64,000 bases of DNA, taken from assembly GCA_964487745.1 (NCBI GenBank), contig CAZASG010000002.1, positions 46,360-110,359 on the forward strand, given 5' to 3'. Both the position numbers and the translations under genes were made by a program. Positions 49,998-58,941 of the stretch are shown piece after piece; the stretch's first letter is position 1, and the number at the start of each line of letters is the position of its first letter. The notes beneath the pieces were generated by a model. That model had not been told where the DNA came from, did no database searches, and saw nothing but the letters and a program-made list of their open reading frames with translations. The DNA is from an uncultured Anaerolineaceae bacterium. Lineage in GTDB: Bacteria > Chloroflexota > Anaerolineae > Anaerolineales > Villigracilaceae.

Positions 49998-50627
49998 ATG
50001 CAAATGGAGGATACAAACTTATCACTTGAAGAATTTTATGAGCTTTGTAGTAATGAACTGCATTTTCTCGTAGAAGAATACGGTTTTCAAGAAATCAGAG
50101 CTGATACATTAGAAGGAAAATACATTAATCCTTATAAACTTATATTTGTTCGAGATGGTTTACGCATAGAGATGGAGGGTATTAATTGGGGGCAACATGC
50201 AATGCTTTCCATTACACGTAATAATCGAATTATGGGTATACGTTCACTTTGTCCTAGTGTAATATCTGCTCCTAAAAAGCCCAAAAATTATATTTCACGA
50301 GCAGCTAGCCAAACAGATGACATAAAAAGACACAGCTATGAACTGCGAGAATATGGCAAAGATTTACTCAACGGTGATTTTTCATTTTTCGATAAAGTCT
50401 CTTTTCAAAAGCAAGTAAATAGTGCAGAAAGCCGTAAAATAAGTGCCATATCAAAAGCATTAGCAGCTTACCGAACAGAGGAATGGCAAACTATTGTGGA
50501 CTTATTAGAGTCGGATGAAGCAGAATTGCCAGAGGGTATGCTCAAAATATTGAATATCGCACGTGATAAAGTACAGCAAACAACTGGTGTAAGAAAGTTT
50601 TTATCTTCACTTTTTGGTAAACGATGA
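49998..50627 (+). CDS. hypothetical protein (209 aa), AT-rich gene
   Basis: Long ORF ending at a strong terminator, with no recognisable motifs. An alternative ATG exists at 50004. Confidence 0.5.
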   Translation: MQMEDTNLSLEEFYELCSNELHFLVEEYGFQEIRADTLEGKYINPYKLIFVRDGLRIEMEGINWGQHAMLSITRNNRIMGIRSLCPSVISAPKKPKNYISRAASQTDDIKRHSYELREYGKDLLNGDFSFFDKVSFQKQVNSAESRKISAISKALAAYRTEEWQTIVDLLESDEAELPEGMLKILNIARDKVQQTTGVRKFLSSLFGKR

Positions 50628-50631
50628 AATG

Positions 50632-50663
50632 AAAAACAGCCCATCAAATGATGGGCTGTTTTT
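50632..50663 (+). terminator. rho-independent terminator
   Basis: ACAGCCCATC-AAAT-GATGGGCTGT (10-bp perfect stem), flanked by AAAA and TTTT. Confidence 0.7.
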
Positions 50664-50745
50664 CATTCAGTCAACCTTTTATACAACGCTTCCGTCTCAG
50701 GTGCGGGGCTGACATCCAGTTCATCCTGCACCAAACCCTTTGTGT
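50663..50745 (-). pseudogene. relic 3' end (about 26 codons plus stop) of a SARP/BTAD-type regulator, paralogous to the end of gene 51880-55110
   Basis: Minus-strand translation is TKGLVQDELDVSPAPETEALYKRLTE*, against the intact gene's CVQTLRDELDVSPAPETEELYKKLTE*. DNA identity is about 73% over 70 nt, counted by hand. Confidence 0.55.
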
Positions 50746-50800
50746 ATAATATTCAAAGCGTGTGATTATGAAAATCAAACTCCGCAAACAGGAGAATCTT

Positions 50801-51829
50801 ATGACAGATAAAAACACAAAAAATCAGCTTCCCGGAATATTACGTTTCTTAATCAAGTTTTTTCAAATCATCCTGTATATCCTAATTCAAATTATCTTCA
50901 TTCCTTTTGCAATTATTGGAATAATCATTGCAGTTTACAAGGAAATGGGAAACAGCAAGAAACTTGGCATCTCCTTCTCAGCAGTTAAAGCACTTCAATA
51001 TCGGTGGATGATGCATTATTTTAACACCCGGACGGATCGCCTTTCGGTTGCTTTCATAAAAAAGTTTCCCTGTGAGTCACATTTTGGAATGTGGTCGGTT
51101 CTGGGCGCTCTTATCATTTCCCTGCGGCTATTTGGCTTCCCCGACAAGCTTGGAAAACTCGTTGAACCTGGTGAAGAAACCGGAGATACCACTGCGGGTA
51201 TTCGGGTGCTCACATTTGACAAGATAATGGAAAAATACGTTGATGAAATGGAACAGATCGTCCTTCCCGGCGCTGGCTTTGACCTTATAGCTTTGCACTT
51301 TACAAAAGGGAAAAAAGTAAAGGTTTTTGAACTCGATCAGGTTAATTCACTCAATCTGAAAGTTGAAACATTGAAAAAAGCAGGGATAAGGCATGATTGG
51401 ATCACCTATATCCCGGTCGATTACGCCAACGAATCCTGGGTTGATAAATTATTGGAAGCTGGTTTTGACAAGACAAAAAAGACACTCTTTCTTTGGCAAA
51501 GCGTTTCTTTGTATTTAGAAGCTGATCTTGTCAAAGAAGCACTTCAGGATATGGCTGATTTATGTGTAGATGGAAGTGTCATCGCGCAGGACTTTTATTC
51601 CAAAGCATTCGCAGCAGGTGAATATTCAAAAGAATCCAAGAATTTTTTGAGCATCATAGAAAAAATGGGAGAGCCGGCAAAATTCGGTATAGATATGTCA
51701 GGTGATCCTAAAGTGGCTGTAGAATCATTCTTAGAGGAATGTGGGTTAAAAATGACAGAATATATTCAATTTGGTGAAAAACTGGATATTGAGCCCTTCT
51801 ACTGTGTTGTTGAAGCTGAAAAACTATAA
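50801..51829 (+). CDS. membrane-anchored class I SAM-dependent methyltransferase (leucine-carboxyl-methyltransferase/LCM-like family)
   Basis: Start set at the ATG at 50801 (AGGAGA 5 nt upstream). An N-terminal hydrophobic stretch (ILRFLIKFFQIILYILIQIIFIPFAIIGIIIAVY) is followed by IVLPGAGFDLIALHF and FLWQSVSLYLEADLV, which fit the LCM-type pattern. Confidence 0.65.
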   Translation: MTDKNTKNQLPGILRFLIKFFQIILYILIQIIFIPFAIIGIIIAVYKEMGNSKKLGISFSAVKALQYRWMMHYFNTRTDRLSVAFIKKFPCESHFGMWSVLGALIISLRLFGFPDKLGKLVEPGEETGDTTAGIRVLTFDKIMEKYVDEMEQIVLPGAGFDLIALHFTKGKKVKVFELDQVNSLNLKVETLKKAGIRHDWITYIPVDYANESWVDKLLEAGFDKTKKTLFLWQSVSLYLEADLVKEALQDMADLCVDGSVIAQDFYSKAFAAGEYSKESKNFLSIIEKMGEPAKFGIDMSGDPKVAVESFLEECGLKMTEYIQFGEKLDIEPFYCVVEAEKL

Positions 51830-51850
51830 ATCTTGCAACAGATAAAAAAG

Positions 51851-51875
51851 AGAGGCCATCTTTTCGATGGCCTCT
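51851..51875. terminator. bidirectional terminator between convergent genes
   Basis: AGAGGCCATC-TTTTC-GATGGCCTCT (10-bp stem), preceded by AAAAAAG and followed by TTGCTT. Confidence 0.65.
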
Positions 51876-51879
51876 TTGC

Positions 51880-54800
51880 TTATTCAGTCAGTTTTTTATA
51901 TAGTTCTTCTGTCTCGGGAGCGGGGCTGACATCCAACTCGTCGCGCAAGGTTTGGACACAACGCTGGTAGGTGCGCCCGATCTGTCCGTGGTCACCGAGG
52001 GCGTTGTAGGCCAGCATTTGGTGGCGGTAGGCGCGTTCCCAGCAGTTGTCCTGGGCGAGGATACGCTGGCTGAGTTCTATCGCATCGGTATAGCGCTTTT
52101 GCGTAATCAATTCTTCGGTGAGGGTATCGGCGCTTTCGAGAAAGGTGGCGGCAAGGCGTTCACGCTCTTCAGCTGCCCATGTCTCGTAGAGAGTATCCGG
52201 TAGATATTCACCCCGGTATAACGCAATGGCATCCTGAAGCAGGTTGGGGGCCGCGAGCGAAGCGCTTTGCACTATCTCCTGAAATTCTTCGGCATCCAAC
52301 CAGAGGTCCGCATCCGGGCGTAAGCGGTAGCGAGTCCCTTCCCGCAAAATAAATGCGGAGGGACTGCCGGGCTCCCGCTCCGGTTCAAGCACCTGATAGA
52401 GGGTATTGAGAGCGATCTTGAAGTTTCTCTGGGCTGTGGCAGGATCGACATCGTGCCAGAGATGCTCGCAGATCTGGTCTCGATCAAGAGGGGTATTCCG
52501 ATACGTAAGCAGTAATTGGAAAAGTTGTTTGGCTTTTTCACGACGCCAACCACGTGCGGGGATACGTTCGTTGCCAAGCCAGACCTGAAAGGTGCTCAAG
52601 GTGTGTACGTGCAGACGATAGCCCGGATGATGCTGAATGCCGGATAATCCCAGCTTTTCGAGCAATTGCGCGATATAGGCATGTTCCCAATCTTTTTCGC
52701 GCGCATAGAGGAGGAGGGGAACGAAAATCCGCTCATCGGGCGCACCGAGTATCGACGGACCTGTAAAGAGAAAATCATAGCGTTCTGTACGACACTTCGT
52801 CAACATTTCAGGCAAAATATTGGCGAGATGGCCAAAACGTTTCTCCTTCAGCAGCCCGTAACTCAACCAAAGACGTGTGGCGGTTAGGCCAAAAATATCG
52901 CTGCATTCCTGAAAGCCAAGCAGTGCGCGGCTGAGCCATTCTTCGGCAGCTTCGTAGCGCTCAGCCAGCATCAGGCTTGCACCCATCGTGACCCGCACCA
53001 TCGAAGCAACCCACTCGTCCCCTGCGCGCCCAGCGATCTCGATAGCTTCCTGGGCATAGGATTGAGCAGCGATCAGATCACCCTGGTATCCACTCGCGCG
53101 GCAGAGTCCCCAATTTGCTTCGACGGCTAAACGGGGCACTTCGAGATTACGGCTGAGTTCAATACTCTTTTCAAATTTCTCGCGGGATGCGGAATAATTC
53201 TCAAAGAGATCGGTTTCTCCACCCTCAAGCATAAGTGCGTGTCCCTGGCGCATATAGCCCACCGCCGTCACATACGGGGACTTGAGCTGGTCTCCGCGTA
53301 AAGTCCCTTGCAGGGCTGTTTCGTAGGCTTTTTCTTTGACGCCGCTAAAAGAATAGACCAACGAAAGCAAAAGCAAAGTTTCCCGATGTGCACGTGGTGT
53401 TTGCACAGGCGTTTCTTCTTCAGAAACCGCGCTTTTTTCCAGTGCATTTCTGGCTTCTCCCAGCCGCCCTGTTCGCACAAGAACGCGGAACCAAAGTTGC
53501 GCATTCGAAGGACCCTCAAGTCGCAGGCTCTCCGCGCGTTGACGTAAGCGTTCGGCTTCTTCAACGCGCCCAGCATTCAACTTGTTTTCAGCGAGTAATT
53601 CAAAAAGGCGCACCTGCGATTCGCGATCTTCAAAACCATCGCTAAGCAGGATCGCTTCTTCGAGCAATTCTTCTGCTTTAGTGGGGTTGACTGTATCAAG
53701 ATAAACACGCGCCTGCCCACGCAGGGAGCGGGCAACACCATCTTTCAGTCCGCGCAAGCGCCAGATGGTTTCGGCTTGTTTGTACCACCCGAGGGCCTCA
53801 TCAAAGCGACTGTGCAAACGCGCCAATTCTCCGAGCATAAAGACCAAAACAGGATGTTCATGCAGAGTTTCGGGTGGCAATAGGCCCAGATAGGTTGCCA
53901 AGGTATCTAGAAGGCCAGCCTTCAATAAAGTCGTAGCATAATCATCCAGAAGTTTTGCTACATCATTCCAGGCTTTGGCCTCAAGCAGATGATAGATCGC
54001 GGCTTCCGGGTTCTTGTTGATCTCACAATAATTCGCTGCGGCAAGATTCCAGGTATTTCGCTGTGCCTGCGAAGCTCGCTGACGCAGAAAACGATGGAAA
54101 ATATTGTGGTAGCGGAAAATCCCACCTGCCGTCTCAACCACGAAAAGATCCTGCCGCCGTAAATATGCCAACATGGATGCGGAGTCTGTCACCGCTGAAC
54201 CAACGGTCATGCGTAAGGCATCGCAAGCTTCGGGGCGCAGATCACGCAGCGTGGATGTGATCAGCAAAAACTCACGCACATCTTCCGGCTGCCTCTCAAA
54301 AACTTCTTCTGCAAGCATATCAAAAAGCGCATCCAGAGATTCAGACCCGCGGCGTAGAGGAAATTCCAGAGTGGCAGAGGCTTGCCCACGAATATTTTGC
54401 CAGATCAATTGCAAGGCAATTGCCCACCCCTCTGTATACGCATTCACAGAAGCTACTTCTTCCTTACTCAATTCAAGGCCATAATGATCGCTAAAAAGAG
54501 ACGATATCTCTTCAGAAGAGAAAGTGAGCAGCGTCTGTTCCAGATTCAAAACTTCCCCTTGCACACGCAAACGTGACAGGGTGGGCAAACTGATCTCCGG
54601 GCGACCGGAAAGTAAAACATGCAAATTTGCAGGCGCCAAAGCGATCAAACGATCGAGAATGTGGACAACCTCCCCCATATCCATTACCAGATGGGTATCA
54701 TCAAGGATCAACAAAAGCGGGGTAGAAAGCTGTACGCTGAGGGCATTGATCATCTGGTCCAAAACACCACGCCAGGGTAAGGGGCCTTGCGTACCATCCC

Positions 54801-55110
54801 ATGCTTCGAGAACATGAAAAGGAAGATCAGAAAGCGCAGGATCAGCTCTGAAGAAGGAATGGCATAAATACATCAGGAAGACCAGTGGATCGTTGTCCTC
54901 TTCATGAACCTGATACCAGGCAAGAACATCAACCTGATCTACTAATGCTGCGAGAGCCGTACTTTTCCCATAGCCTGCTTCCGCCTGTAAAATGGATAGG
55001 CGATAATCGAGGGAATGCTGCAACTCCCGTGTGATCCGTGGACGAGGCAAAGTACGCGCACTGCGCGGTGGTGGTGTGATCTTGGTGTGTAGAATGCTTT
55101 GAATCATCAA
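51880..55110 (-). CDS. large transcriptional regulator: MalT-like STAND ATPase N-terminus, TPR-rich middle, C-terminal OmpR-type wHTH + BTAD (SARP) module
   Basis: 1,076 aa. N-terminus: ILHTKITPPPRS...LSILQAEAGYGKSTAL (MalT-type P-loop). C-terminus: VHTLSTFQVWLGNERIP...WRREKAKQLFQLLL...ALYRGEYLPD...WAAEERERL...AYRHQMLAYNALGD...Y..C...L.DELDVSPAPET (BTAD pattern). Confidence 0.8.
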   Translation of the reverse strand: MMIQSILHTKITPPPRSARTLPRPRITRELQHSLDYRLSILQAEAGYGKSTALAALVDQVDVLAWYQVHEEDNDPLVFLMYLCHSFFRADPALSDLPFHVLEAWDGTQGPLPWRGVLDQMINALSVQLSTPLLLILDDTHLVMDMGEVVHILDRLIALAPANLHVLLSGRPEISLPTLSRLRVQGEVLNLEQTLLTFSSEEISSLFSDHYGLELSKEEVASVNAYTEGWAIALQLIWQNIRGQASATLEFPLRRGSESLDALFDMLAEEVFERQPEDVREFLLITSTLRDLRPEACDALRMTVGSAVTDSASMLAYLRRQDLFVVETAGGIFRYHNIFHRFLRQRASQAQRNTWNLAAANYCEINKNPEAAIYHLLEAKAWNDVAKLLDDYATTLLKAGLLDTLATYLGLLPPETLHEHPVLVFMLGELARLHSRFDEALGWYKQAETIWRLRGLKDGVARSLRGQARVYLDTVNPTKAEELLEEAILLSDGFEDRESQVRLFELLAENKLNAGRVEEAERLRQRAESLRLEGPSNAQLWFRVLVRTGRLGEARNALEKSAVSEEETPVQTPRAHRETLLLLSLVYSFSGVKEKAYETALQGTLRGDQLKSPYVTAVGYMRQGHALMLEGGETDLFENYSASREKFEKSIELSRNLEVPRLAVEANWGLCRASGYQGDLIAAQSYAQEAIEIAGRAGDEWVASMVRVTMGASLMLAERYEAAEEWLSRALLGFQECSDIFGLTATRLWLSYGLLKEKRFGHLANILPEMLTKCRTERYDFLFTGPSILGAPDERIFVPLLLYAREKDWEHAYIAQLLEKLGLSGIQHHPGYRLHVHTLSTFQVWLGNERIPARGWRREKAKQLFQLLLTYRNTPLDRDQICEHLWHDVDPATAQRNFKIALNTLYQVLEPEREPGSPSAFILREGTRYRLRPDADLWLDAEEFQEIVQSASLAAPNLLQDAIALYRGEYLPDTLYETWAAEERERLAATFLESADTLTEELITQKRYTDAIELSQRILAQDNCWERAYRHQMLAYNALGDHGQIGRTYQRCVQTLRDELDVSPAPETEELYKKLTE

Positions 55111-55219
55111 AATCTATTTTATCTGATAATCTCCCCATTGTTCAGATGACCATTATCCCCTTAAATCAGCAGTTTCTAACAGATGCGCAGGTGAATTTCG
55201 ACTGGCACCGAAACGAAGG

Positions 55220-56104
55220 CTACTTAGGCCATCCTCTGAAAACTGCCAAAGCCATCTCCTCCGCGCTGATCGGTGGAATGCGTTCAAGCCAGGCAAATTC
55301 CGATAAAGGCTGAGAACTGCTGCCATAGGAACAAATACGTATCTCGCGTTGCTGCGCTTCTAGGCGCAAACCCTCGAGCACAGTGTCAAAAATAACGCCA
55401 CCAAAGGGATTGAAAAAAAAGAAAACAGTAGCATCTGAAAGACTGGCATGGCGAGCATCAGCATTTAGGTAGCTTACGCCTTTCAAATTCAACCTGTCTG
55501 CCTGTTGGCGAGCATATGCGCAAAAATCAGGTTGATATTCCACCCCCACACAGCGCACCCCCGTGAGCAGATGCACCAGCATTGTTACTTTTCCCAACCC
55601 CGAGCCAAGATCGCAAAAAAGATCATCGGCAGTAAAAGAGATTCTCTCCGTCAGCTCAAGGATCACGCTGGCTGGTGTAGGCTCATAACGCACCATGCCA
55701 TATTCTCGCGGCTGGCTGGCTAGCGGATATGGCTGGGGCAGAAAGACTTCATCCAGAAGAAAGTCAAGACTCTCGTATCCATGATGGGGCTTTCCCCAAG
55801 CTTTTGATACATATTCAGTATAAGGACCAAGCCATGCTCGAAAACCTTGGGGAGCAGTCCAATTCCCATTCAAACGCTCTAAAAAATCTTCCCCCAACAC
55901 CTTGTTGAAAGCCCTTAATTCTTCACCTAATTCTTGAGCCTGTGCCTGCAAGTCGATCAAATCCTGATTATCTTCAGGGCGAAATTTGGTGATGATCTCA
56001 ACAAGGTCCAGCGCTTCCTTCCGCACTCGAAAATCGTGCGGATCAAAAAGCGCTGGCTTATCCTGAAGTTCATCGAATTCGCGTTGAAGTATGCTGATAT
56101 TCAT
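55220..56104 (-). CDS. class I SAM-dependent methyltransferase (last gene of the sugar operon)
   Basis: 294 aa with motif I (FCDLGSGLGKV) and VGVEYQ (acidic end of beta2). It starts 9 nt after the phosphorylase stop. Confidence 0.7.
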   Translation of the reverse strand: MNISILQREFDELQDKPALFDPHDFRVRKEALDLVEIITKFRPEDNQDLIDLQAQAQELGEELRAFNKVLGEDFLERLNGNWTAPQGFRAWLGPYTEYVSKAWGKPHHGYESLDFLLDEVFLPQPYPLASQPREYGMVRYEPTPASVILELTERISFTADDLFCDLGSGLGKVTMLVHLLTGVRCVGVEYQPDFCAYARQQADRLNLKGVSYLNADARHASLSDATVFFFFNPFGGVIFDTVLEGLRLEAQQREIRICSYGSSSQPLSEFAWLERIPPISAEEMALAVFRGWPK

Positions 56105-56113
56105 TTGGAGAGA

Positions 56114-57580
56114 TTAAACCACATACTCCTTCTCACCATTATCATCCAAATAACGAATCGCAGATCTCATATTCTGCAAATCTACATGCAAGGTGCATTT
56201 TTGTTTCCCTTTTTCCCATTGCAGGTGGACAGCAGCGGCATTAGATTCGAGAACAGAAAACTCTCCATCAAAGGCAGGATACTCGTTCCTGAACCGGATC
56301 AGCTTAACGAGCCGCTGCACGACATCACGCGTGATATTTTGCTTGATCTCGTTTAACGAATAATTATGCCGGTTGATATCTCGCCCCTCCCCACCCTGCT
56401 CGAGAATGGCGAGATCGTTCTCCCCGGCCAGCAAGCCGACATAGTAAACCTGCGGCACGCCCGGCGCAAAAAACTGGATAGCACGCGCGGCGATATAAGC
56501 ATCATCATCTTTGTCGAGCATAGAGTAGTAGGTGCCACGGATCTGGTGAACGTCGAATCCATCCGGGTCGTGGTGCTCGGGGGCGTAGAGCAAGCTGAGA
56601 TTTGACCCACGTTCGAGACAAGTATCCACCAATTTTCTGGCGCGCGTCCCGTCGTAGAGATCATCCAGATCGGGTTTGATCGGCACGCCATCGTGACAAT
56701 CCAGCATGGTGAATTGTTTATGGGGGCGATCCTTAAGATAAGCGACCAGATCAGTGCTATTTCGTTCGAAGAGGGCTTCGAGTACGCGATAGGGCAGGAT
56801 GAAGTCATAGATCCAGTGTCCGTTTTCTGCGAGTTTGTTCTGGATGGTGTAATGGGCGTGGACTTCGGGAAGTAGCTCAATGCCGAGAGAATGAGCGAGT
56901 TCGGTGATCCAATCGAGGAATTCGTAGATTTCCGGCTCGACGAAGAAGAAGCTGGTGCCGGGCTTTTTGGTGATATAACCGACCGCATCCAGGCGCACGA
57001 TCTTGACGCCATTCTTTGAGAAATTTTCAAAGAAATCAGTCAGGAGTTGGCGGGTGGCTTGAGAGTTGACGTCGAGATCGATCTGCTCAGAGGGGGTTAC
57101 TTTGCCAAAAGTCGTCCAAACCCGTTCAGTTTCCCCTGTCGCGGCAATGGTGAAATCGGAGTAAGGCTCGGTGCGGCGCAGGAATATTTTCTTGAAATCA
57201 TCCCCGGGGATTTCGCCATCTGCCCAGATCTTGTCTACGGTTAAAAACAGATCAGCATATTTCGATTTTCGTCCATGTCGCAAAAAATCTTTAAAGAACT
57301 CAGACTTGGCAGAGATATGATTGACCATCAGGTCGAGCAGAATATCGTGCTTTTTGCCGAGACGTTGAACATCTTCCCAATCGCCAAAATTTGGCTCGAT
57401 CTCAAGATAGGTCAGCGGCGCAAAGCCACGATCGCCCGATGAAGGAAAAGGCGGCAGAATGTGGATTCCGCCTTGAAAGACATCAGGGAAATGGGTTTCT
57501 ACAACGTCATGCAGCGTCTTAAGATCGCCGCCGAGAGAATCAGGGTAGGTGATGAGTTGAACTTTGTTTTTGACAGGCAT
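56114..57580 (-). CDS. GH13_18 sucrose-phosphorylase-family glycoside phosphorylase (acceptor specificity unknown)
   Basis: 488 aa. N-terminus: KVQLITYPDSLGGDLK...GGIHILPPFPSSGDRGFAPLTY. Also LDLMVNHIS, VRLDAVGY and FFFVEPE (catalytic regions). Confidence 0.8.
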   Translation of the reverse strand: MPVKNKVQLITYPDSLGGDLKTLHDVVETHFPDVFQGGIHILPPFPSSGDRGFAPLTYLEIEPNFGDWEDVQRLGKKHDILLDLMVNHISAKSEFFKDFLRHGRKSKYADLFLTVDKIWADGEIPGDDFKKIFLRRTEPYSDFTIAATGETERVWTTFGKVTPSEQIDLDVNSQATRQLLTDFFENFSKNGVKIVRLDAVGYITKKPGTSFFFVEPEIYEFLDWITELAHSLGIELLPEVHAHYTIQNKLAENGHWIYDFILPYRVLEALFERNSTDLVAYLKDRPHKQFTMLDCHDGVPIKPDLDDLYDGTRARKLVDTCLERGSNLSLLYAPEHHDPDGFDVHQIRGTYYSMLDKDDDAYIAARAIQFFAPGVPQVYYVGLLAGENDLAILEQGGEGRDINRHNYSLNEIKQNITRDVVQRLVKLIRFRNEYPAFDGEFSVLESNAAAVHLQWEKGKQKCTLHVDLQNMRSAIRYLDDNGEKEYVV

Positions 57581-57630
57581 GGGGCTTTCCTTTAGCTAAG
57601 CATGGAGTTTTTCAGAAACCTCTATGCTTA

Positions 57631-58284
57631 TTATTCCACGATGATAACTTCGTACTTCTTGGTGATCACAAAATCTGCCAATTGTTGATGCCCGGCGATG
57701 ATCTTGTGCTCGATCTTCAAGACGTTCTCGATAAAGGGATCACCCACTTCGTTGCCACGATTGCGTTTTTTGCGATGCTCCAATGTATCGAGCCGATTAC
57801 GGGCGATGAAGACACGCGTATCCACGTTCCTAAGCAGGGATGTATAGGTGCCTTCGGCAACAACGACCTTCACGCCGGTGAGATCAACGGATTCTTCTTC
57901 AACGGAATTAGCGTTATAGTCGATCAGAGGTTTGACGATCTCATCTTTCCCCGCAATGGCATCTTTTAGATTGCCTTCATAGACATCAAAGCGGATTTCA
58001 TTGTGCGGGCCTAACCAGGCGGGGTCTTCGCGTCGTTTGGCATCATTTGATTTTGGCGGGAGAACGTAATAGTCGTCCTGCCCCAGGAGCACGCCTTTAA
58101 TATCTTCCTTAGCCAATTCATCTACGATCGCTTTGCCAGTTTCCGACTTTCCACTGCCTGATTCACCCGCAACGGTAATTATATAACGTGTCTCTTTCGC
58201 CCGAATTTTCTCCAATATCTCCGGGACGATCTGCTGTGCTGCAGCAATATGATGTTCTTCTAAAACAATAATGTCGCCCTTCAT
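57631..58284 (-). CDS. uridine-kinase/PRK-family P-loop kinase-like protein (paralogue 2)
   Basis: 217 aa with Walker A VAGESGSGKSETG, QDDYY, VVVAEGTY and a downstream RKKRNRG region. The order of motifs matches Udk/PRK-type kinases. Confidence 0.6.
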   Translation of the reverse strand: MKGDIIVLEEHHIAAAQQIVPEILEKIRAKETRYIITVAGESGSGKSETGKAIVDELAKEDIKGVLLGQDDYYVLPPKSNDAKRREDPAWLGPHNEIRFDVYEGNLKDAIAGKDEIVKPLIDYNANSVEEESVDLTGVKVVVAEGTYTSLLRNVDTRVFIARNRLDTLEHRKKRNRGNEVGDPFIENVLKIEHKIIAGHQQLADFVITKKYEVIIVE

Positions 58285-58299
58285 AAGGCCACTTTCTCC

Positions 58300-58935
58300 T
58301 TACTTTACTTTAACTACGTCAAATTCTGTGGTCACGATCAAGTTTGCTTTGGGACGCAGGGAGCGCACAACCTGATGCTCCCTTTCAAGCACTTCTAAAC
58401 GCCATTCGTCCAAATTCTCCTTACCGCGTAGAAGTTGGGCTTTACGAGTTTGGTGATAGGTCAACTCAAGGAAGACATTCAAATCAGCTTCGGCCTGAAC
58501 AGCATACAACCCCTCGATAAGTATGTAGCGTAATCCTTTAAAGCTGGTTTTGAGTTCATCTTCCTGGTCTGTAAGCAGGTCAACGCAGGGCATGGTCACA
58601 TCATCGGCATCAGCTTGGAATTCCGTCAGGTTGCGATGAATGGCTTCCCAGTCGTACTCGCTATAACCAACGCTTTCAACGCCATGTTTTTTTCGCCAGT
58701 CTGAACGCTCTCGTGGCGATGTTTTATAGTAACTGTCTATATGCATTACTTTTGCGGGCGTGCCTTCCATTTTCAATAGCTGGGCAACTTCATGGGCAAC
58801 ACCCGATTTTCCGGAGCCTGACTCTCCGCTAATGGATATGACGATCTTTTCGCCAGTAAGCTCTTTTATATATTTCAAAATTGCTCTGGCTGCTTTTTTA
58901 TGTTGAGGGGTTATGAAGAGAGCTTCACCGAGCAT
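58300..58935 (-). CDS. uridine-kinase/PRK-family P-loop kinase-like protein (paralogue 1)
   Basis: 211 aa with Walker A ISGESGSGKSGVA, HIDSYY and ILIEGLY. It starts 6 nt after the GH65 stop. Confidence 0.6.
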   Translation of the reverse strand: MLGEALFITPQHKKAARAILKYIKELTGEKIVISISGESGSGKSGVAHEVAQLLKMEGTPAKVMHIDSYYKTSPRERSDWRKKHGVESVGYSEYDWEAIHRNLTEFQADADDVTMPCVDLLTDQEDELKTSFKGLRYILIEGLYAVQAEADLNVFLELTYHQTRKAQLLRGKENLDEWRLEVLEREHQVVRSLRPKANLIVTTEFDVVKVK

Positions 58936-58941
58936 AGTCCC

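Noticed and set aside
49950-51850. Calling the AT-rich patch (and 1600-2500, 25700-29900) a mobile element
   Set aside because: No integrase, transposase, terminal inverted repeats or tRNA target were seen. Only compositional deviation and the 3'-end relic support foreign origin, so I report it as a finding and not as a mobile_element feature.
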